Below, piece after piece: positions 9,267 to 17,561 of a stretch of DNA of 32,015 nt. Both the position numbers and the translations under genes were made by a program. This DNA comes from an uncultured Methanosarcinales archaeon (lineage in GTDB: Archaea > Nanobdellota > Nanobdellia > Woesearchaeales > CAYVYK01): NCBI GenBank assembly GCA_964455675.1, contig CAYVYK010000008.1, positions 62,001-94,015 of the forward strand, read 5' to 3'. The notes beneath the pieces were generated by a model. That model ran no database searches, was not told where the DNA came from, and was given only the letters and a program-made list of their open reading frames with translations. How positions within the stretch are numbered: the stretch's first letter is position 1; every line of letters begins with the position of its first letter.

Positions 9267-9471
9267 TAAACGAGATCATCATCTCCCTATCAAGATCATC
9301 AAGACCAGAATCCATGCGCTCAACAGCACTGATCGCGACCGCAGCGTACCCTTTCGGCCAGCATACAACGTACGTTTGAACTCCAACCCTTGAAGGTTTC
9401 CTATACTGCAAATATTCGGTGGTCTCTACGCACTGCTCAACGCCCATGCAACACCAGCATGAATACTCCAT
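9229..9471 (-). CDS. Small hypothetical protein (72-80 aa)
   Basis: It fills the gap between lgt and the minus-strand operon. Minus-strand tttaaata lies at 9479-9486, and an alternative ATG at 9447. It overlaps the lgt 3' end. Confidence 0.35.
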   Translation of the reverse strand: MEYSCWCCMGVEQCVETTEYLQYRKPSRVGVQTYVVCWPKGYAAVAISAVERMDSGLDDLDREMMISFIREKDVSDHLDE

Positions 9472-9540
9472 TTGAGATTATTTAAACATTCGCATTCGGC
9501 AATCCAAAAGCACATACTGCGCAGCGCACCATGGATCGTG

Positions 9541-12084
9541 TTATGCCAATGATTCGAGAAGCGAAGGAGGAACCCGGTGCTCGGGATCTGATTCATTCAT
9601 GTATTCCGCGCGAGCCTCATCCAATCGAGCCTTCTGCACAGCGACAATCGCGTCGGCATTCTGATCAAAGTAGTTATGAACCTGAAAGGCGTGCGCGGCA
9701 AGCCGCTCTCCATACGCAATATCAGGACTGCCATCATACTCAAAATGATCAATAGGGAACTGCTCATTATTGCCCCTGATCCGCATCTCAAGACCGGCAA
9801 CAACATTTGACGGCATACACGTGAACGGCATCAGGTTCACAGCACCGGAGAACCCATGATGCATGGCAAGTGAGAGCTCAGCCGCCGAGATGATCGCCTC
9901 ACCACGGAACGCGAGATCAAGATACTTTGATCCCTCATTTAGCACATCATCAATCGGGGGATCGGGAAACCTTCCCACGATCGGAAGGAAGGGAACCTCA
10001 TACAAACGCTCCTTATTCGACTGATACTCATGCTTACGATGCAGAAGATATGATTGCACCCAGAGGGGAACCACACCAAGCGCCGAAGATTCCTCGCGCC
10101 TTTCCTCAAGATCACGACGCTGCAAGGCCGCGATATACTTCACCCACATCCCAAAGGGAGACATGATGGAACCAATCCCATCCGTCTCGAGAGCGCGCAC
10201 AATACCACGATTGATATGCTCGTTCAAACGCACGTACACCTCGCCAACAACCTGATCGAAGACGGGCGGCTGGTCACGCACGGGAACACGCATCAATTCA
10301 CGAGCAGCATCATATATCAAGTCAAGATACTCATTTCGGTTCTCCATGCGTTCACAGATACCATGCAGAGTGGACTCATAAATTGCATCAACATCACCAG
10401 GAGTTACTTCCCTCACGCGCTGGATGGAGGCAGCCTTTTGCAAGGAATCTATCGCACGGATACCCTTCCATAGATCAGCCTGAAGCTTGATACGATCAAC
10501 GAAATTAAGACCAGCAAGCGAGTAATAGTTCGCCGCATTTAGGGTAAAGAAGCGAAACGGATTATCCTGATACCTTGGAGACGCAAGTATATCCGCAAGG
10601 GATCTCCCCTCCGCAACCATCTCCTGAATCAATTTCCGACGATGAATCTCAAGAACACGGCGGGATTGCTGATTCATGTACTGGCCATACCTACACGGAC
10701 CTGCGGCAGTACCTTGGAAGAACGCAAACCTTCTCGGATCAAAGGAAGCCTCAACAACCTCCTTGCCATCTACATTCACCACATCAACGGGGCCAAGCGC
10801 ATCCGCAAATTTGGAATCGAGGACGATCCCAGGACGGTCCAAACGCACACGACCTGACATGATCGAGCGATAAAAATGGCCACCCGTCTCGGCACAGGGA
10901 ATGCACGCGCCATCATCCGTGAATTTCTTCCCCACGAGAAGTGTCTCATCATTATTCGGCTCAAAGCAGTACGCAGGAACCCCCCATCCACGCATGACGG
11001 CAGCAAAAGGCTGACCATGATCGCACATCAGGTTAAACAAGAGCACGCGACCTTCGGCATCTGTGAGAGGATTATACAGCCTGAGCGGATCCTCAAGCTC
11101 TCTTACCGCGTCTTTTTTCGCGCCACGATTCGCGATCGTGTTCACGTACGACTCAACCCTCGTGCGAATATTCGCGGACATGTCCGCGCTATCAACCTTG
11201 ATCGTTAGCATACTGCCGCCAAGGATATTCTTGACCTCGTCGATGATAAAGGAATCAGGACCACAGGGGAAGCACGTCACATAGATCGGCTTTATGAATG
11301 GATGCTTGCGCACATAGTGAGCTGCGGCAAGCATGCGGACATGATAATTCCAGTACACATGACCATGCAGATCAAGGAATTCCGGCTCACGCACGATCTC
11401 ATGCAACGGAAGCATATCCATACTGATACAGTCATACCCCTTATCCTGGACGATGTGGTCAATATCGCTCTTTAAGCGGAGATCACGCGCAACATAATAC
11501 CTCGCGAGCATGACAAAAAGGGGAGTACCACGTTCAAGAGCCTGCCTCATCGCATCCTGACCAATACCCAGAAGCTGCTGCTGAAACTTACGCTCTGCCG
11601 CAAATGCGTAATCAATCGCAGCAGAGCCGTCCGCTGAAGGATTCAACTCACGCGCGACAGACTCGAGCTGACGGTAGAGCGTGTCGCGCTTACCCTTCCG
11701 AAACTCCAGAACTGGAGCGAGAAACTTTGCGTGATCACCAAAACGAGCGATCTGAAGACCCTTGTTTCCCTGAACATACACGCACATATGAGAATCATGA
11801 ACGTCGTTGTACTCCTCACCCGAGATCAACGCAGGAATGAACACGCGATCAATCGAGGGATCATCAAGGAGGACACTCGTGTGAGCATACGCAAGCTTCT
11901 GCGCAAGACAAGTCTGGGAAGGAGCAAGCTCATCAGCGCGCGCAACAATCCTCTCCGTCGTATCAGGCGAAGGAACCACATTCCAGCCGATACGCTCAAA
12001 GAACTCCCGAAAGAAGGGGTAAAACTCATAAAAGTGCAGAGCTCTTGGATACCCAATAGTGCCGATGGCGTTCTCAAGAGTCAC
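9541..12084 (-). CDS. DUF2229 + 2-hydroxyacyl-CoA dehydratase (HgdD)-like reductase component; PlsA C-terminal/PlsR-like
   Basis: Motifs IGYPRAL.FYE..PFF..FF, SQTCLAQKLAYAH, MCVYVQG, CFPCGPDSF, RTRVES, ACIPC..T.G, GPCRYGQY, VVGEVYVR, GEA and PFTCMPSNV. The GTG start overlaps the upstream stop (GTGA, 12084-12081). Confidence 0.85.
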   Translation of the reverse strand: MTLENAIGTIGYPRALHFYEFYPFFREFFERIGWNVVPSPDTTERIVARADELAPSQTCLAQKLAYAHTSVLLDDPSIDRVFIPALISGEEYNDVHDSHMCVYVQGNKGLQIARFGDHAKFLAPVLEFRKGKRDTLYRQLESVARELNPSADGSAAIDYAFAAERKFQQQLLGIGQDAMRQALERGTPLFVMLARYYVARDLRLKSDIDHIVQDKGYDCISMDMLPLHEIVREPEFLDLHGHVYWNYHVRMLAAAHYVRKHPFIKPIYVTCFPCGPDSFIIDEVKNILGGSMLTIKVDSADMSANIRTRVESYVNTIANRGAKKDAVRELEDPLRLYNPLTDAEGRVLLFNLMCDHGQPFAAVMRGWGVPAYCFEPNNDETLLVGKKFTDDGACIPCAETGGHFYRSIMSGRVRLDRPGIVLDSKFADALGPVDVVNVDGKEVVEASFDPRRFAFFQGTAAGPCRYGQYMNQQSRRVLEIHRRKLIQEMVAEGRSLADILASPRYQDNPFRFFTLNAANYYSLAGLNFVDRIKLQADLWKGIRAIDSLQKAASIQRVREVTPGDVDAIYESTLHGICERMENRNEYLDLIYDAARELMRVPVRDQPPVFDQVVGEVYVRLNEHINRGIVRALETDGIGSIMSPFGMWVKYIAALQRRDLEERREESSALGVVPLWVQSYLLHRKHEYQSNKERLYEVPFLPIVGRFPDPPIDDVLNEGSKYLDLAFRGEAIISAAELSLAMHHGFSGAVNLMPFTCMPSNVVAGLEMRIRGNNEQFPIDHFEYDGSPDIAYGERLAAHAFQVHNYFDQNADAIVAVQKARLDEARAEYMNESDPEHRVPPSLLESLA

Positions 12085-14090
12085 GAGAGCAGCACCTCAC
12101 GAGAACGCTCAATCGGCGTCCTTGCAGTAGTCTTACGCTCAACATTCGTAAACGTTGCATCACACTTCTGACCATCATAAATCGTGCGTTCGGCCGTCTT
12201 AATAACAGAAACATCACACAAGTTCTGGCATCCGCGACAGACAACCGTCCTTTGCGAATAATCATAATCAGCATCCAACCCACGGAATTTCGAGTGGAAA
12301 GTGAGATCAGTCCGGTGCTCGTACTCCTGCACTCGATCGATCGCATAGAGAGCGATACCGAGGCAGCCAGTTTCGGCGCAGGACGGAGGAACAACAAAGC
12401 GATCGAAGTCGTGCAAACGCTGAAATGCGGCAAGCACGGCAACATTCCTTGCCGTACCACCTTGGAAGAAAATAACCTCGTCAGGATTTGGAACGAGCTT
12501 AAGTGACTCCACCAAGTACTCAAGCTGCTTGAACTCATTACCATAATTCCTCGCTATACCAAGAGCAATCCCAGCACAGATATCACTGACAGAAACTCCG
12601 TTCATCGCCGCAAAATCACACTCCTTCTTCATGAATGTCGTGCATCTTCCATGCAACGTATAGAGACCGGAAGACCGGATGGCACCGTGATCAAAAAGAT
12701 CAAGACGCTTCCTGTAATCAGGCTCACCTGGGAAGAGCTTCAAGGCCTGCTCTTCGATGAAGGTACCGGTTCCAGCAGAACAGATCTGATTCATCGCGGA
12801 ACTTAGCACAACACCATCCAAAACCTCCATGTATTTTGAGTCCTGACCACCAATCTCGATGATACCCCGCAGATTGCATCCGAGCTGCCGCGCGAGATGA
12901 AGACCACCAATCGCCTGCGCAGTAATCTCATCCTCTACAAAATCAGCATTAATGAAAAAACCAACCGCATACCTACTCGATCCAGTCGTTGCAACAGCCT
13001 TAATTGGCAAGTCACGACCATGCTTACCAAGGAAGTGAGCAATGCCCTTTCTCGTCGCAATGAGAGGCTTGCCTTCCGTATCAAGATAGATCGCATCAAC
13101 AAGCTCGTGCGTCGAGGCATCAACCAAACCAAGAACCGTGCTCCGAGACCCGATGTCAATACCGATAGCATACTCGTGGCCAGGTCGCACTTTTCCAGAA
13201 AACTGGCCGGGACTATCAAGGTAGACTTTAGACTTTGCCCCACGAAGCCGCAATGGCGATTCGAGCGTCAGAACATTCCTACTCCTCGAAGCAGGAGGCT
13301 GCAATTCATACTTTTCATGCCCAATAATTGCACGAGCGGCACCAATCGCGGCTTGGCACGCTGGATACTCCGCCGGCACAAATAATTCATCAGGAACAGA
13401 TTTTGCCTCACGAATAAAATCCGTCACGAGCTTTTTTTCCGCGAGACGGCCATGCACGGTAAGGGGACCATTGAAACGCTCAACCTTCACGACATCCGAG
13501 TACAAATTCCGAGCAACGCAATTCACGAGACCACGGGCAATCTGACCCTCGGAAAAACCCTTCGAGCTTGTCGTCACACGACGGGACTTGGCAAATACCG
13601 CGCAGCGCGCGACAATTGGCGCCGTGCTTTCCGCCCCTTCTGCCGCGGCAAAGAACGCATCGATCGATGGATACTGCATCGCCTCGCTCTGCTCCTCAAT
13701 AAAAGAGCCTGTGCCGGAAGCACACTTGCTATTTGGCTTGAAAAACTCAAGAGCCCTACCATCTTTTGCAACGAAGCGGCAGCTCTCTGCACCAATATCA
13801 ATAATATACTTTACACCTAACGGGGCGCCAAACATATGAGCCTGGATTTCCGCAATCTTCCTCATGCCAAGCGTTGGCGCAATCTCCGTAGAGAACGCTC
13901 CAAAGACAGCAGCAGAAACGTGAAGACCATCAAACTCGCCGAGCTCTCGGCGCACAGCAGCAACAATACGCTCAAGGTCCTTACCGTGCGGTAGGTAGAG
14001 CGGATCCTTGAGCAGTAGACCTGCATCGTTTAACGCAGCAACCTTCAGGCTGCTCGCACCAACATCGATCCCCAGATAGACATTCTGCAT
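12081..14090 (-). CDS. Tandem BadF/BadG/BcrA/BcrD (ASKHA) ATP-dependent [4Fe-4S] activase, HgdC-like; PlsA N-terminal-like
   Basis: Domain 1: YLGIDVGASS..IIDIGAES..NSKCASGTGSFIEEQ..RCAVFAKS. Domain 2: GIDIGSRST..TTGSSR..EITAQ..IEIGGQDSK..MNQICSAGTGTFIEEQ..RCTTF..FQGGTARN. C-terminal CRGCQNLC..GQKC. ATG 14090 fits the TATA spacing. Confidence 0.9.
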   Translation of the reverse strand: MQNVYLGIDVGASSLKVAALNDAGLLLKDPLYLPHGKDLERIVAAVRRELGEFDGLHVSAAVFGAFSTEIAPTLGMRKIAEIQAHMFGAPLGVKYIIDIGAESCRFVAKDGRALEFFKPNSKCASGTGSFIEEQSEAMQYPSIDAFFAAAEGAESTAPIVARCAVFAKSRRVTTSSKGFSEGQIARGLVNCVARNLYSDVVKVERFNGPLTVHGRLAEKKLVTDFIREAKSVPDELFVPAEYPACQAAIGAARAIIGHEKYELQPPASRSRNVLTLESPLRLRGAKSKVYLDSPGQFSGKVRPGHEYAIGIDIGSRSTVLGLVDASTHELVDAIYLDTEGKPLIATRKGIAHFLGKHGRDLPIKAVATTGSSRYAVGFFINADFVEDEITAQAIGGLHLARQLGCNLRGIIEIGGQDSKYMEVLDGVVLSSAMNQICSAGTGTFIEEQALKLFPGEPDYRKRLDLFDHGAIRSSGLYTLHGRCTTFMKKECDFAAMNGVSVSDICAGIALGIARNYGNEFKQLEYLVESLKLVPNPDEVIFFQGGTARNVAVLAAFQRLHDFDRFVVPPSCAETGCLGIALYAIDRVQEYEHRTDLTFHSKFRGLDADYDYSQRTVVCRGCQNLCDVSVIKTAERTIYDGQKCDATFTNVERKTTARTPIERSREVLLS

Positions 14091-14116
14091 AGATAACACA
14101 GAGGGGTCGCGGTGTG

Positions 14117-14133
14117 TTTAAAAGGGTTTTCTT
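14117..14133 (-). promoter_or_regulatory. BRE + TATA (aagaaaaccc ttttaaa) for the activase operon
   Basis: TATA-like element 27-33 nt upstream of ATG 14090. Confidence 0.55.
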
Positions 14134-14244
14134 GAGTTGTAGTAGAGTCCATATCAACAATTGCGGGAAATGCTTAAACGCGCTTATTTCTTGTTCATAT
14201 CTAATCCTCATATTCCTGGATCGATCCATGGGTGATTTGATCCG

Positions 14245-14261
14245 CACCTATTATATAGGTG
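14245..14261 (+). promoter_or_regulatory. TATA box (ttatata) embedded in a perfect 7-bp inverted repeat cacctat-tat-ataggtg
   Basis: TATA at 14251-14257 is 25-31 nt before ATG 14282. The IR is read directly. Confidence 0.6.
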
Positions 14262-14281
14262 ATATCTATTGAAGATACTCC

Positions 14282-15019
14282 ATGGCAAAGGTATACTTTA
14301 CTACAAAGGACGGAAATCGGATATGCGGGATCCATCACGAAGGCACACACCCAAGCTTGGTCATTCTATGGCATGGATTTCGATCAAACAAGGATAGCAC
14401 CACAAATCGCGCGATCGAACCATTGCTTCTTGGCGAGGGAATCGGGGTGCTTCGGGCGGATTTCTATGGGCACGGAGAAAGCTTTGGCAAGTTCGAGGAT
14501 GTCACAATCACCGAGGCTGTGGAAGATGTCTGTGCATCCGTCGGATGGGCACGAAAACGAGGATACAAACGCATCGGACTCCTTGGATCCAGCTTTGGAG
14601 GACTTGCATGCCTCATCGCCGCAAGCAAAGTCAGCGTGGAAGCTCTCGGCCTTCGATGCCCGGTTATCCAAAAGATGGGGGATACCATTTCGGACGATCC
14701 GAAACAATGGAAAAAGAAAAAATTCCTCGACCTTGAAAAGATAGATGGAAAGGGTGCGCGACTTTCCTACTCGTTCTATGAAGACGCACAACAATGGGAT
14801 GGGTTTGCCCTCGCGCGCAAGGTCGCGTGCCCAACACTCATCATTCACGGAGATGCAGACACAATCGTTCCATGCGAAGACAGCAAACACATCGCAAAGC
14901 TCCTGCAGGATTCAGAAATCTATATCATCAAGGGAGCTGACCACAGATTCTCCGCCCACACCGAGATACTCCTTGGAAAGTTCATCGCGTTCTTTCACAA
15001 ACATCTCAACGCACAATAA
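14282..15019 (+). CDS. Alpha/beta-fold serine hydrolase (esterase/lipase/peptidase-like)
   Basis: HGF oxyanion motif, RADFYGHGESFG, nucleophile elbow GSSFGG, PTLIIHGDADTIVP (Asp) and GADHRF (His): a complete Ser-Asp-His triad. Confidence 0.92.
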   Translation: MAKVYFTTKDGNRICGIHHEGTHPSLVILWHGFRSNKDSTTNRAIEPLLLGEGIGVLRADFYGHGESFGKFEDVTITEAVEDVCASVGWARKRGYKRIGLLGSSFGGLACLIAASKVSVEALGLRCPVIQKMGDTISDDPKQWKKKKFLDLEKIDGKGARLSYSFYEDAQQWDGFALARKVACPTLIIHGDADTIVPCEDSKHIAKLLQDSEIYIIKGADHRFSAHTEILLGKFIAFFHKHLNAQ

Positions 15020-15902
15020 CGCCGGAGTCCTGATTGAACAGCTTATTCTGGAACTTAACATACGTATCGATTGAACGTTTGAAGTAGGGCGGGTGCTGTT
15101 TCTGAATATGGCCAATAACATAATAACCGACAGCCATCATCGTCCCATAATCAGCCCAAGAAGGCAGAGGTATCTCAGCCCTTGCCGTTCCCCACATCTT
15201 GTTCTCATATCCAAACGAGAGGAAGAACTCGGTGTCCGATCGAATCACCGTCTTTGCATGCATGGTCTGTTCGGGAGTGAAAATTCTTGCTGATACAATA
15301 GGACCAAAGAGCTCGTCAAACTTGGTCTGGAGCATATCCTTGATGAGAGAGAAATTATTCGGAATGATGAGGAAGAACGCCTTATGCTTGCTCATGTCAG
15401 GAATCCTTGGCGCAACGGTCTTCTGAATGTATTCCTTGATCTTTGCAGGGTTCTCACCAGTTGAACCAAGAATCATACCAAGGTACGTCGACGTGTTATA
15501 GGTGTAGGGCTCGGGAACTTTTGGGAAAAACTTTGTCTCATCCGCGTACTTCATCGCCGGGGCCTCATTATTATTCGTCCACAACGTGACGTGAATCCCC
15601 TTCTTCTTCAGATATTCTGCAATACCTGGAGCGGACTTTGCACCGCTCGCCGAAATGAGAACAGCACCATCAACTTCACAGCCCTTGAGGAGTTCCTTGT
15701 AGGAGGACTCGTCGGCAAATAGCGCATCAGCTGACCGAAAAATGATCCTTCCCGTGAATGCCGCATTCACGCTTCCCACAACCAGCGGCCGCTTAAACTC
15801 CTTTGGGTTCACGACGGGAGGCTTCACCTTGCAGAATACATCAAGCGCATTCAGCACCGCCTGATCAAGATCAACTATGGATTCTTCTTTTTTGCTTGGC
15901 AT
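15006..15902 (-). CDS. SIS (sugar isomerase/phosphosugar-binding)-like protein
   Basis: VVGSVNAAFTG, AVLISASGAKSA and LWTNNNEAPA follow the SIS pattern (G-S-G-x-S, IS.SG, T.N..SP). It overlaps the hydrolase convergently by 14 bp. Confidence 0.55.
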   Translation of the reverse strand: MPSKKEESIVDLDQAVLNALDVFCKVKPPVVNPKEFKRPLVVGSVNAAFTGRIIFRSADALFADESSYKELLKGCEVDGAVLISASGAKSAPGIAEYLKKKGIHVTLWTNNNEAPAMKYADETKFFPKVPEPYTYNTSTYLGMILGSTGENPAKIKEYIQKTVAPRIPDMSKHKAFFLIIPNNFSLIKDMLQTKFDELFGPIVSARIFTPEQTMHAKTVIRSDTEFFLSFGYENKMWGTARAEIPLPSWADYGTMMAVGYYVIGHIQKQHPPYFKRSIDTYVKFQNKLFNQDSGVIVR

Positions 15903-15925
15903 ACCACGATCCAGAGAGAACCTCC

Positions 15926-15939
15926 TTATAAATTTTGTC
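15926..15939 (-). promoter_or_regulatory. BRE + TATA (gacaaaa tttataa)
   Basis: TATA 24-30 nt upstream of ATG 15902. Confidence 0.7.
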
Positions 15940-16060
15940 AGCTACCGACAGAAAAATCCCGCAGACACCTCATGATCGGAATTACTAACTACCTAGGTAC
16001 GAGGCTTAAAACAATTTTGTATGATGCGTAGCCGCAATCAGATTGTATAGTTTCCATTCT

Positions 16061-16075
16061 CGAAAAGTATTTAAT
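16061..16075 (+). promoter_or_regulatory. BRE + TATA (cgaaaag tatttaat), candidate promoter of the 16383 operon
   Basis: Good match to the archaeal BRE/TATA consensus. It implies a 5' leader of roughly 285 nt. Confidence 0.55.
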
Positions 16076-16169
16076 AATCACCTTTTTTCATTCCTCAGTG
16101 GTTTTATCAATTGACCTTTGGCCAATGATAAAAAGCGGTTACTATTCAGGAGATACAGAATGTTGGGGG

Positions 16170-16352
16170 GAGACGAGGCTTACACACTGAACATGTACTT
16201 CGCTAGTCCTCGATCTCGAATCATTGTCATGAATCATCATAGTCAACCATGACCCTACGAATGTTGAGATGCTCCGGATGGCTTGTGCTCTGCAAGCGCA
16301 GACTGTCCGCCGCGCGGAACAGCATTCGCAGGCGCAGCTGAAACACTGCTGC
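16170..16352 (+). ncRNA. Candidate structured 5' leader RNA
   Basis: Hand-paired stems: 16170-16178/16208-16217, 16226-16231/16248-16253, 16258-16266/16320-16328 (enclosing 16275-16281/16303-16309 and 16282-16287/16291-16296), and 16334-16338/16348-16352. Several G-U pairs favour the + strand. Confidence 0.35.
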
Positions 16353-16382
16353 AACCTAAATGAACTATAGGAGGAAAAGAAT

Positions 16383-17489
16383 ATGAGAAAAGCAATGACC
16401 ATATTGGTTGCTGTTCTTCTGCTGCTACCAGTTGTTGCAGTAGCAAAGGACTGCAGTGACCCGGACGTCATCTGCACGAGTGGCGATGTCTCAGAGACTG
16501 CGCACATCTCGTCCGGCGGTTCTGCGCCACCAGTGGTCCACTATGCGTGGGTTCTTCCAGATGAAGACGACTACGTAGAAGGAACACAGATTTGGCCAGA
16601 ATTGAGTGATGAACGCAACGACATCTACGCGTGCGTTGTTGTTGGCGACCCACAGGGACGCGACGACATCCAGAACGTGTATGTCGATGTGTACCACCCA
16701 GTCGGCACTGAAGGAATCCTGCCATGTGTTGCGGCAGACGGTCAAGTATGCGACCAGAGCGGACAAGGCCAGCCATGGGACCACAACCCCAACAACGGCC
16801 TCTTCAAGTACCAGGTCCACGCATACAAACTCGACCCGATGTACGACCAAGCAGAAATCGAGCAATGCAAGCTTGACGCACTCGATGCAGGACTCATCAG
16901 CCAGGATGATTTCAACGAAATTGACTACTGGATATTCGACCAGCCTGAATGGTACATGTACAAGGTATACTTACCAATGCTGTACCACCAGCCAGCAGGA
17001 ACCTACGAAGCAAAAGCGTGGGCAACCGACACGGCATCAGGAACAAGCCAGACACTCTCGACATTCTTCGACTGGGTATCGACTGTAGGAATCGAAATCG
17101 ACTTCTATGGCGGAATCAATTACGGAACACTCCAGCCAAGCGTGTACAAGATTGTCCAGGGTAACTACGTGATGAGCGACGGCGACAACAATCCAACGAT
17201 CAAGAACGAAGGAAACGAGCCAGTCACCCTCAAGGTGGCAAGCACGAACCTCACAGGAATCCAGTTCCAGAAAGAAATCGACGATTTCGACCTGAAATGG
17301 GACCCAGAGGAGCGCGGCTATGGCTACGGCCAGATATACTTCATCGGCGGACAGCAGGTAACACTGCAGGACAAGCTCGAACTCTGCCAGACCGAGAAGA
17401 TTGACTTCTCAGTGCATGCAGATGTCGGACTCCCGTCAGACACGTACCAAGGAACCATGACCATCTGGGCTTCGGCCTTCGATTGGTAA
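16383..17489 (+). CDS. Secreted protein of unknown family (368 aa), candidate major surface-filament subunit
   Basis: SD aggagg at 16369-16374; signal peptide MRKAMTILVAVLLLLPVVAVA; acidic, beta-rich, no TM anchor; ends YQGTMTIWA. Paralogous to the C-terminal half of the next gene. Confidence 0.85.
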   Translation: MRKAMTILVAVLLLLPVVAVAKDCSDPDVICTSGDVSETAHISSGGSAPPVVHYAWVLPDEDDYVEGTQIWPELSDERNDIYACVVVGDPQGRDDIQNVYVDVYHPVGTEGILPCVAADGQVCDQSGQGQPWDHNPNNGLFKYQVHAYKLDPMYDQAEIEQCKLDALDAGLISQDDFNEIDYWIFDQPEWYMYKVYLPMLYHQPAGTYEAKAWATDTASGTSQTLSTFFDWVSTVGIEIDFYGGINYGTLQPSVYKIVQGNYVMSDGDNNPTIKNEGNEPVTLKVASTNLTGIQFQKEIDDFDLKWDPEERGYGYGQIYFIGGQQVTLQDKLELCQTEKIDFSVHADVGLPSDTYQGTMTIWASAFDW

Positions 17490-17519
17490 GGGTTAACCAC
17501 CCTTTTTTTTCTTTTTTTT
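17488..17519 (+). terminator. Hairpin + oligo-T terminator/attenuator
   Basis: aagggt-taacc-accctt stem followed by T8-C-T8, directly after the 16383 stop. Confidence 0.75.
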
Positions 17520-17561
17520 AATCATTTTTTACATCCGAAAGAGGTGAAGTGAGGAACCACT

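Noticed and set aside
12081..12084. Frameshifted pseudogene of a fused activase/reductase
   Set aside because: A clean GTGA start/stop overlap at a domain boundary with both halves intact indicates translational coupling.
16100..16380. tRNA, SRP RNA or RNase P RNA in the long intergenic region
   Set aside because: No T-loop/cloverleaf, SRP helix-8 motif or RNase P P4 signature was seen on either strand.
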